Below are positions 1 through 10,900 of a stretch of 64,000 nucleotides of DNA, one piece after another; position 1 is the first letter of the stretch, and the number at the start of each line of letters is the position of its first letter. This stretch comes from Monocercomonoides exilis PA203 (Eukaryota > Protista > Preaxostyla): positions 248,001-312,000 of the forward strand of contig LSRY02000063.1 of the NCBI GenBank assembly GCA_001643675.2. Direction: 5' to 3'. Under the pieces are notes generated by a model. It saw nothing but the letters and a program-made list of their open reading frames with translations, did no database searches and was not told the origin of the DNA. A program made the translations under genes and the position numbers.

Positions 1-1058
1 TATTCAGAAGCATCACCACCATCACCTGCTCCTATATCCTCGTCCGATGATTCTTCAGCTGTTAGAGTTATGTCGCTATCAGTCTCTGTGTTTTCATCTA
101 CAAAATCTCTAATTTGCTCCTTTTGATTTTCGTACTCCTTTGTAGGAACAAAGTCATGAATCATTCTAACATATTCGTGAAATTGTAAAGGTTTGTTTTT
201 TTCCATCATAAAACTTGCCAAATAATTATCTAAAAATTTTAATCTTGTACTTGTACGTGGTAAAAACCTTCTTAATTGACTCCAAAGCCCTTCGATTATG
301 TTCGTGCAAGCAGATGTTATTTTATCTTTGAATCGATACTTATGGCAAACCGTTGAATGTTTAAAACCCAAAGAATTCAAACAGGAATACGCGCGCCACT
401 CATCAGAATAAACTGTTGTCTGCTTTTTTACGAATTTTTCAATAATGGGTATCAAAGTTTCTTTCTTTCTGTTTTCGACACGAACTATCAAACATTTTCC
501 TTGGTTACGATCAGTTTTCCGCTCCACCATTCCAAAGATCCATATTTGTTGCTTGTCCCTTCCTTTTTTGAATTTTCTTTTGCGTAGAACGGCTTCATCT
601 ATTTCAACGATGCACTCTGATCCTCCCAATATCAAATCCATTTTCGCAACAGTGTTAACAGCAGCTGTTCGAGAAACGCTTGCCCAATATGAAACAGTAT
701 CTCTGCTTATGCCCACTAAATACGAGATTTGTTTGAAATTTAATTTCATATATAATAAAAGTAAAAGTTGAAGAAGTTTTGATATCCCAATCTTTGACAT
801 GAAAAACGAAGTGTCCTTATAAACACTTATTTTTCTTTTGCAATTTTTACATATCCAGCAACGCTTCCCCATATTAAGACATAAATTCATTGGTTTTTGA
901 CAATTCGTGCATTTTTTGGAACAGCAATTAAGTAATTGCACTCGATACCACGTCCAAGCGCAATCAGGGTCCATAAACATTCTTAAATATCTCGAAATAG
1001 ATATATTTGTTTCCATTTCAGTCAGGATCAAATAATAACGAAAACTGATCAATCCCAT
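1..1058 (-). CDS. Merlin/IS1595-family (ISXO2-like) DDE transposase, 3' end runs off the window
   Basis: Manual translation gives an uninterrupted frame from ATG 1058 (or ATG 1016) to the window edge, 352 codons. It has a Zn ribbon (CTNC...CKNC), an HTH-like segment (KQISYLVGISRDTVSYW), and LGG-x4-VEIDE, WIFGMVER, VYSDEWRAY and TNIIEGLWSQLRR, i.e. the D-D-E triad of IS1595/Merlin, followed by an acidic tail. Absent from the ORF track because no complete stop codon lies inside the window. Confidence 0.93.
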   Translation of the reverse strand, partial: MGLISFRYYLILTEMETNISISRYLRMFMDPDCAWTWYRVQLLNCCSKKCTNCQKPMNLCLNMGKRCWICKNCKRKISVYKDTSFFMSKIGISKLLQLLLLLYMKLNFKQISYLVGISRDTVSYWASVSRTAAVNTVAKMDLILGGSECIVEIDEAVLRKRKFKKGRDKQQIWIFGMVERKTDRNQGKCLIVRVENRKKETLIPIIEKFVKKQTTVYSDEWRAYSCLNSLGFKHSTVCHKYRFKDKITSACTNIIEGLWSQLRRFLPRTSTRLKFLDNYLASFMMEKNKPLQFHEYVRMIHDFVPTKEYENQKEQIRDFVDENTETDSDITLTAEESSDEDIGAGDGGDASE

Positions 1059-1200
1059 ATTTTCTGAAAAAATGAGTATAATTTGTCAGCAAAAATGTGC
1101 AAATAAATTTCACTTTAAGTGATGTGAATATTACATATATATCTATTTGTTGTTGTTTATACCATTTTTTCTAGGATCAAACAAAAAAAATAGGTACCCC
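1..1200 (-). mobile_element. Merlin-superfamily DNA transposon, one end (candidate terminus at 1199-1200)
   Basis: Contains the transposase above. The minus strand about 140 bp upstream reads GGGGTACCTATTTTTTTTTG, a GG-starting candidate TIR. The partner TIR would lie outside the window, so the boundary is tentative. Confidence 0.7.
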
Positions 1201-1231
1201 TATCTTCTGCATTTACCCTTTCTTCATTATT

Positions 1232-1257
1232 AACAACAACAACAACAACAACAACAA

Positions 1258-1312
<55 letters not shown>
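1232..1312 (+). repeat. (AAC)9 microsatellite followed by A54 homopolymer
   Basis: Read directly from the sequence. Confidence 0.95.
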
Positions 1313-1315
<3 letters not shown>

Positions 1316-1936
1316 AAATATTTTTGAGAAATAAAAAAATTTGTTTCTGTTAAATATTTGTGACTGACGTGATTATTTTCACAAAAAATGAATTGAAAAT
1401 ACAAGTGAAAAAACGATAAAGATAAATGTGTACGATAACTCATTAAAGAAAAAATGATTTCAACTGCTTTTTTATCATTCTCATTCGATTAATCATACGC
1501 TGAAAAAGAAAATTTCTCATACATTCAACATACATACAAACATTAACAAAAGCATGCAACTTTTTCAAAACAGGGATTTTCTAAATCTAAGCATCAAAAC
1601 GAAACAAATAGATAAACTTTTGAAATGTGGATATTGAAAAGATTTTTTGTCATTTTAAATACATACGAAAATACATACACATGAATGACTTTCAAAATGA
1701 ACATTAAAATAAGAAATTTGAATTAAAAAAAAGAAGAAGAATCTAATATTCCACAAGAGAAATGCTTTCCAAAATTTTTTTATATTATCATCTCTTCTCT
1801 TTCAAATGTATCTCATTATCCAGAAGATGATATTTTCAGATGACGCGCAAGAATTCCAAACATTTGCCATCTTATCTTTGAAAACGGTGAAAATGTTTCT
1901 TTTGCACTCAGAAATCACTTCTCAACAAAACCCTTC

Positions 1937-4900
1937 TCACACGATTATTATCCCCTTCACCATTTCTTTCTCCACAACATTTCTTGTTTTCCTCTCATCG
2001 AATCGCTTTCTTGATTTTTTCACTCTTTTTGGTGAATTCACTGAAAATTTCTCTTGTGATCCCGATACTACTTGTGTTCCATCATCTGTCTTACTCTTTT
2101 CCTCTTCTGTTCCATCCTCATCCTCAATCGCGTCTGACATCGTCAGAATCATTGTTCCAGCTGGAAAGTGCAGAAACAGTTCTCTTTTCAGATCATCCAA
2201 AGAAATGCGAATCGAGCGTTGCGATTGCCAGCAGCTCTCCACAAGCTTTCCAAACCCACTTTCTTCAACAAGAGCTGTCATGTCTGGCCTTTCTCCATTG
2301 AAGATTTTTCCTCCAGCCACCTCTGCTGGATACTCCCCAAACGGGATCTGAAGAGTCAAGCACTCCCACAGCAACATCCCAATCGAAAACACAACTGACT
2401 CCTTTGTTGCCCCCATCTTCTTGTTGATCAGCAGCTCTGGTGCCTTCCATCGCAAACACTCATTTTTGAAATCATTTTCATCCTCAAATGCTGATGATGG
2501 AAGAGAGTTATCATCATCATCATCTCCACTTGCAGATGTCACAATGGTTGAAGAAGAGATTGATGATAAGTCGGAATCTGAATCATCAGATAAAAGCAAA
2601 TCTGAATGCAAAACAATGCAGATCACCATGTGTTCTGAAAACAATACAATGTGAGGGCTCAGAGTGGAAAGAGAAGATAATCCATTTTCCATCTCATCAA
2701 AGGAGTGAAGAGCGAGATTGGCCACCCAGAACAGGATCTGTGCAGCTGTCTGCTCCCTCTCCTGCAGAGTGCCAATCGCCATCTCCTTTGTCTTATTTCT
2801 TCCATGAAGCAGCATGAATAGTGAATCCCTCAGATCCACAATCAGTTTCTCATGTGGAGATGAACAGGCAATTGCATCCACCAGATTCGACATCGACGAG
2901 GTTGTTGGGCACAGATCCTCACCTCGAACAAATGTTGAATCTGAATCAGTTGTTGAATTGGTTGAGGTGGAAGAAATAGAAGGAGAAGGTGTTCTCTTCC
3001 TTATCTCTTCCTCCTCCTCCTTTTCCAATGCCCAATCAGGGATCTTGTCTGAGTCTTTCCCTAATATGTATTCTGTTGAGTCACTTTCACTCAACAAATG
3101 CTCTGATGACTCCGAATGTCCCAGGTTTTTCTCACACACTCTCTTCTTGATTCTCTCCTCATTCTTCTTCTCAGCCTCTCTCTCTGCTCTCCTCCACTGC
3201 TCCTCAGGTGATGGCTCCATTGTCACCATCTCAATTAGCTTCGGATCCTTCCTCACTGTGTCGTTCACAATCTCTCTCAGTTCTTTATTTTCATTCTTTG
3301 CCTTTCTCCAACGAACAAAAAATATTATCAACGCAAATAATAGCACTGCAACAACCGCAATGCAAACAATCAATATCCATGATGATTTCCCTCCTTTTCC
3401 TCCTTCAGCAATCCTTTCATTTCCACTTGACTGACTTTCACTCATGTTCTTCACAATAAATGGCTCTGTTGACGAATGTAAATCTCCTTTCCCAAACACA
3501 ATACACACACTCACTTCTGTCTCTTCTCTCATTTTCTCCAATTCTGAAGATGAGATTACAGAATGAATCTCATTCTCTGATACAAACCCTTCTTCATCAA
3601 TTTCCTTTCTCACAATTTCTTCTTCATCCCCATTTTTCATGCTCATCTTTACTGACAAATCACATGGCAGAAGCAGCTTTCCAGAAATTATTAGGTCCAA
3701 ATTCCCATTCAATTGAGTTGAATTCTTCACCTCTTCTAAAATGGGGATGAAAAATGATGCTCTTTCTGATGCAATCCCTCCCAATTGACATCCTTCATCC
3801 AAAATCCAAAGCGACGAGTTATCTTTCAGTCCATCTCCCCCTTTCACGCTCACAACATTCAGTTCGCTATCCCCTGTGCAGATCGCATTCCTTCGTGCTG
3901 ATGGATATCCTTCAATCTCGGGGTTGTTGTTCTCAAACTTGCTGTTTTCAATCTTCATACTCCCTCCACTCACCCACAAACCACCTGCCTTGCTGTTTCT
4001 GATTGCTGTTTCCCTCATCTCCACATTACTGTTTTCAATATCAATCAATGACCCATTCCATTTGCATAATCCCTCTTTTCTATTGCTCTCTTCATTGACA
4101 ATTTCATCTTCTTTTTCTCCATCAAACACACAATTCTCAATCCTCACATTCTTGGAATTCCTGATCTGCATCATGCTTCCCTTCTCCTCAGAATTCACAC
4201 ATTTTCCAGATGAGCTGTTCAGCACACTCATCTCTTGCTCAGCATTATCCATCCAAATCACACACCCCTTCAACAACAGAGTCACATTCCCAACTCCCAT
4301 CCCTTTCATCTCCACTTTCGCTTTCCCTCCAACACTCACAACATCTTTCTCACATTCGATATTCGATATTCTTGCTTCATCAATTATCACATCTGATTCT
4401 TCACAAAATGAAAGCACTGATCTTGTTGAATGAATATCTCTGAATGTTGTTTCAAATATCTTTACCTCTCTACATTCCACACTCACAATTGAACTGTTCA
4501 ACATCAACTTAACTGCTGTTGAAGAAGAGAAGAACTCACAAATTCTCATCTCCAGCGATCCATTTTTCACTTTTATAATGTAATTGTGAGTTGATTCAAA
4601 TCCATCTTCAAACTGGAATGAGCATCTCTCCACTGAACATTCATTCACAAACACCATCATGCAATCCTTCTCAGTTGATTTCTCAATCTTGGAGTTCAAT
4701 CGAACAATCGCCTGTGTCTTTTTGAACGATTTCACAACCAGGTCTCCAATCACACATTCCTTTGTCACAAACCCTTCTCCATCAATCAGAATCGCATTCA
4801 TCACCCCTTCCTGGATGTGCTCAACTCCACAGTTGATGCTTGAACAAGGGCTGCTCTGTGCCCCACACCCCCTCCCATCACTCCCTCTCCCACTCACAAA

Positions 4901-7900
4901 CACCTGCGCCGAATAATAGAATGTGATCAGCGGAATCAGATCAACATCTCCCTCGCTCCAACCATCCCTCCCACAGATCGAGTTGTTCGAGTTCAGTGAC
5001 TCCTGGTTGTAGTTCAGCGCAAACAGTGTTTCGTTGATCTGGTGCTCAATCGAGTGGCACCTGACAAACACGTCTTTCCCCACATGTGCCTCATTCATCA
5101 CAAACAGTATGTTCACAATCTTGAAATTCAGAGGTGGAATCTGACTCTCATTTCCATAATTCGCATGTGGGTCAGACCCATCAATAAACAGCCCTCCTCC
5201 ACACCCTGTTTCACTCGAGCATTTGCAAATCGAAAACGAGCTGCCATTCACTTTTAACATTGATTCTTCACTCTTCAGCACCACTCTCATCCCTCCTCCT
5301 TCATCACTCAAACCACTCTTGCAGCTTGACATCGAACACTCATCCATTACACACTCCACCCCATCCTCAAATGATCCTACATCAACAACACTCGCTCCAA
5401 TCCCTTCCTTTGTGATGTTCGCAAATGAACACCCAACAACCCTCAGAACTGGTTTGTTCCCATTTGAAAAGTCTTTCTTTTCTCCATTCATCTGGTTATC
5501 TTTTTCCATCATCGAAATCAGACTTCTTTCTGTCACATCGACAAATGAGATGTTCACATTCTGAAGTGTCACCTCACCTGCACTTGGGCTGAACGCAATC
5601 AACCCTTTCAACTCTGAAATCAAACTCAACGAACTCCTCTCAATCAATACACTCCCTCCATTCACCCTCATCAGGCAATATCCAAAACTTTCTGCCACCC
5701 CTCTCCCTGGCCCAAATGAACAATCTGAAACTGACAATAATGTGTTTGTTCCAGAAGAATCAATGAACACTTCATGACGAGCAATTATGCTGGGTTTTGT
5801 GAATGACACATTCACAAATGACAGGCTCACATTCGACGATATCATTGAACCTTCATCCAAATCATTCTCATCTTCGTCACTGATCGTAACCCCTGTCCCT
5901 TTCTTTGTTCCTTTTATCACAACTGCTGGCGCTTCTGAATCTGGCAAAGTTGGCAACGAAGACAAGAATGATATCGAATGGCTCAGCAACCCTGAATCCC
6001 CAATGCTGATCTGGGATTCGCCTTTTCCAAGTGTCAAATATCTCAGTGATATCAGGTGATTGATCGATGAACACGGTGCTTCCGAATATCCACACCCACT
6101 GAAGTCTCCTCCTTTTTCATTCGATACAAACCCATCTTTGCTCCAGTTCCTCCACAAATACACAACCAATGGAATTGCATATCCATTTTCTCCTGTTGTC
6201 TTCCTTTCCCATCCACACAGCTCATACAATGACTTCTCATCACTTGCGCTCAACCCCCATTTCAGTTGTTCGTTCGACATAACCTCGTCCAGCTCATTTC
6301 CCGATATGAACACTTTCTTCCCTTTCCAAGCATTGCATCCGCTGAATGTCACTCCTTCCATCTTAAATGATCCCATTGTATCTGCCAATCGAACAAACAT
6401 CCCTCCTCCAACTCCTCTTCCTTTCTGCAACTTGTCCTCTGCCGGTACCTGGCATCCTGTGAATGTTACGCTTTTTATTTCCAAACTTCCTCCATCCTCA
6501 GCTGAAATCATCATCCCTCCTCCTTTCATCCCACCTACGCCAGTGCATACTGATGAAAAACTGCAGTTATCCACAATTGTGCTTCCATCTTCATTTATTG
6601 CAGCACCGATGCATCCTCCTCCTTCTCCGCTCCCGCCTTCCACCGTCACTCCACTCACTCTGCTGTTCTTAATATCCAATTTCACTCCGCTTGTCATCGA
6701 TATTGGCGACTTCCCATTCATCGTCAGTGTCGCTGCAATTTCCATCATTAATCCATCCACAATCAGTTCTCCTCCCGCAATGTTCAATATATTGTATGCA
6801 ATCTTTTCGTTAGCTAATGCATCGCTTGTAAACGAGACAGAACAGCTTGTTATTGTGACTGTGGATGTCGAATAGATAAACGCAGATCTCTTTCCATTTA
6901 TTTCCTTGTTCATTACAAATTCCAAATTCGTCATTTCAAATGATTTTGTGCACTCGATAAGATAATTTGGGCTTGTATCTCCTCCGTCCTTCACTTCAAC
7001 TTTCATCTTCTCTCCCACTGATTCCTCTTTCCCTTTCAAATTCACGCTTCGAGAAATCACTTTAATAACATTAGTTATTGAAGATTTAGAAACAACTTCC
7101 ACTGTTTGCAGCCCATCATCAACTCGAGTGTTCATGCAATAGTCAATTGTCAGACACCCAAACTTCTCAAACCCACAATAACTGTGATCCAACACCATGT
7201 CTCTGCTCCTTCCTACAGTCAATGTCGATCCGATTGACTGCAAATACACAAACAGTGGAATCACTTCTCCATCTTTCAGATCTTCGCTCCCGCAAAACTT
7301 CAGCACATCTGACGGAGTGGTAGTTTTATCAAAAAATGAAAAAGAGTTTTCATTCACCATTTCATTGAGCCATATCTTTGAACCGCAGCGAATAAATATA
7401 TCCTTCCCATATAGTGCATCATTTGGCGATAAAACCTGAGATGAAAACGCATTTTCTGAGGAAATATTCAATGTGCACAGCGAGTTCAGTATCTCCATCA
7501 TCATTCCCCCGCCTCTCCCTTTAGTTCCTCCTTCATAATTCTTCGCCTCGCATCCACCAATTTTATTGCTCCCATTCACAACCACTCTTCCCTTTCCGTC
7601 CATCCTCACAAATATTCCCCCACCTCTTCCGATATCATTTTCTTTTCCGTGGCATTTGCAGTTCTTGATAATGCACGAATCAATAACAACAATCCCAGAT
7701 GTATCCTGTGCACTCGCATGTGCTTTTCCAATTACTCCATTGATCAGTCCCCCGTCTCCATTTTTTTTTTCAACGCTGCTAATACTGCATCCTTCAAAAT
7801 ACACAACATTCATGTCTGCTTCAAACTCGACAAACGAGTGCCCATCAATTGTCAGACTTTCTTTGATCATAAAACGCACCAATCTCAGATTACCCTCGGT

Positions 7901-10900
7901 CGCCTTTACGAAGCTGTATTCAATCGGGTAAGTCGTGTCAACGCCTGATGAATAGCCAACTGAGCAGTCTGTGAGCTTGAGGAGTGCAGAGCTGGCCAAA
8001 ATCAGCGATGTAACATCTGTTAACACTGTTGGTATTGAAAATGTGATATTTTCTATTGTGCATGAGCATGTGTTTTGCGTCTTAATCAACCAATCAGAAC
8101 TTTTTGTTTCTGGGTTAATCACATTCACTTTCGTTTCAATCGTCGCACAAAAGATCTTCCATTCATTGGTATCTGCCATGGCAACCTCTTCAGCAAGCTC
8201 GAATCCTGGATCCAGCTCAATGTTTTTATTTGAATCTGTATATTGCGCAACGGCAGCGTGAGTGATTGTGGCACACGGATAATAATCAAGCCCACAAAAC
8301 CACGAGTTGTATCCCCCCAACCCTTTCTTCGCCTTCCCGACATGTGCCGCATTGGGAAATGTGTCCAGAAACACATTCAGCGGGAATTGTCCCATTGATG
8401 AGTCACTCCGATCGATTCCCACCAGTTCCTTTAATGTTGATATGCTCTGTATATTTTTCAGCGTTGAGGTTGTTATTCCCCAGCTTGCCGTATTGATCCC
8501 ATTCACAAAAAGATAATTCCCTCCCGATGAAGCAGTGCAACCTGTAAAATCGACAGACACAATCGAGAAGTCGTGCGAGCCATCTTCCAGACGCAGCATT
8601 ATTCCTCCGCCATATCCGCTGCACTTGCATTTGCTGAATTTTGTTAATGTTTCAGCCCGCAACTTGCTTGTTGGCGATAATAAATCAACCTTGATCCCAC
8701 CACCACTTCCAGCCTTGCACTCGCAATCTTCGATTGTCACATTCTTGACCACAAATGTCTCTTCTGCCTTCACACTCTTTGCCATAACCACCCCATCTCC
8801 TTCAGTCAACTTCACATTCGTAACTTTCACATTCGCCAGAACGCTATCTCCAGATTCCTGGTACGTCATTAACAGTGCAGATAACGATAATGAAGAAGAA
8901 GATAGATCCTGTTCAGAGAACAATGGTTTTGAGACATTCAAATCTTTTATCTCCACATCGGTCATCAACAACTGCGACAGCAGCGCCACAAACACTGACG
9001 ACGACATCACATAGTCTCCAGTTTTACTCGTAGTGACCACAACATCCTCCAACGAGAGTGACCCACTTCCATCAGACACCACAACCACGCTCGGCGAAGG
9101 ATTTGCATTTGAGTGGCAATCAACCTTCAAATGACTCATTCCCAAATGTCCTGTCGAAACACTGAACAGCTGTCCAATTGATGAAAGTGCTCCTGTTCCA
9201 ATCGAACTTTCATCTTTTCCAGTCCCAATGACTGAAATCTTCTTCGATCCAATCTCGATTGTTGTTGTCTCGCTTTGGTGTTCCCCTTCCATCAGCGTGA
9301 TTGTCAAGCTTATCTGCACCTCACACATCTCAAACGCCTTCTTCACTGTCAGACACGAATTTGATTCATTTGACCCGCATAGCTCATATCCATCACTCCC
9401 ATTCACAGAAACATAGATCGTCTTATCCTTCAGCCATTCCTTCTTTTCTGTGTGCTGAAATGTCCAAGCACCTGCATTTGTATAATTGTATGCGTAGCAC
9501 ATTCTCTTGTTATCTGTGTTTGTTGTGCAACATTCAAAAAATGGATTACCTGAATCCAAATGGACATTGTAATAATCAACATATTCAACATCATGCCCAT
9601 ATGGATTGGACGTGATTTTGCAATTGCAATTATGAAAGAACAAAAAATAGCAATAAAATTTCTCATCCGGTGCTATTGCTTTAAATGGTTCCAGATATAA
9701 TCCTCCGCCACTTGCCACAGCTGTGCATGAAATAAACTTTATGTTCCTCATTTTGAATTGATTAGGAACATTGTAACAACGCACACCTCCACCATAATAA
9801 TTTGTGACTGAGCATAAAGTGAAACTGCAGCTAAACATGCATGCAATCTTCCCTCCCTCACTATCATCTCCAATGCATCCTGTTCCTGAAACCTGAAAAC
9901 TTCCAAGACAAAGAGCTCCTCCTTGACTATTTGCTTTGCTATTCTCGAAGTCACATCCGCTGATCCGAACACACGTTGAAATCGAATAAGCATACATCCC
10001 TCCACCACATTGATTTTGCGCGGTGCATGAGTTGAACGTATTGTTTTCAATTTCAACAGATTTGATTTTTGCACACATAACTCCCCCTCCATCGTAATGG
10101 GCATAACAATCATTGAATGAGCAGTGCTTAATAGAAACAGTTGCGGACGATTGACCATACATGAATATTGCGCCACCGTTCGAAGTGCCATCGGAATATG
10201 TTTCACCTTTTCCTGTTGCCTTCGATTCACTCCATTCACACCAAGTGAATGAGTTTGCTCCATTGGCTGTTGTGTTCTGTCTGTCTGGCTTCAATGGTAC
10301 CTCTGTAGTTCCAATGCATTCAACATTTCTTGTCCGACAACATCCAACAAACGAGGTGTTTGAGGCTGTCAAAGAGGCAAAGGGGTTGCTGAGTGAAGGG
10401 ACAATTCCTCCATCATACACATCACAGACTGACGAGAATGTGCAACTGTTCATCAAACATGTGGTTTGTGAAAATGCAGTTGTTGGAGATGGACATGCAT
10501 CAGGTGCTGTTGAGACGTTGAAAAAAGTGAGTTGTGAGAGAGATACAAGGGGAATAGAGGGCAATGAGAGGAATGGAGCTGAAGAAACACAAAAAGAGGA
10601 GAAATGAGAGGAACAAACTGAAATGTGGCATTCCTCTGAAATCTCTCCTTCCACTGCTTTTGAAGAGAAAAGTGGAGGAAATACCTGTTCAGTCGAGGTT
10701 GAAGACGAAGTTGAAGACGATCTGAGGGAAATGTTGGAAAACAATCCACAGCTCTCACACAAATCAAAGGGGGGTATCTCTCTCCGAACTCCAATCACAC
10801 ATACACTCACCTCAACAGAACTTCCATCCGATGCCCTGAGCACACTCTCCCCACCTCTTTCCATCGATGTCAACGAATTCAGTTTCATTGATGAATTGAC

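Noticed and set aside
3060-3085. Conserved STEYILG as an ITIM/ITSM-like motif
   Set aside because: The Y+3 residue is Gly rather than I/L/V, so it does not fit the consensus.
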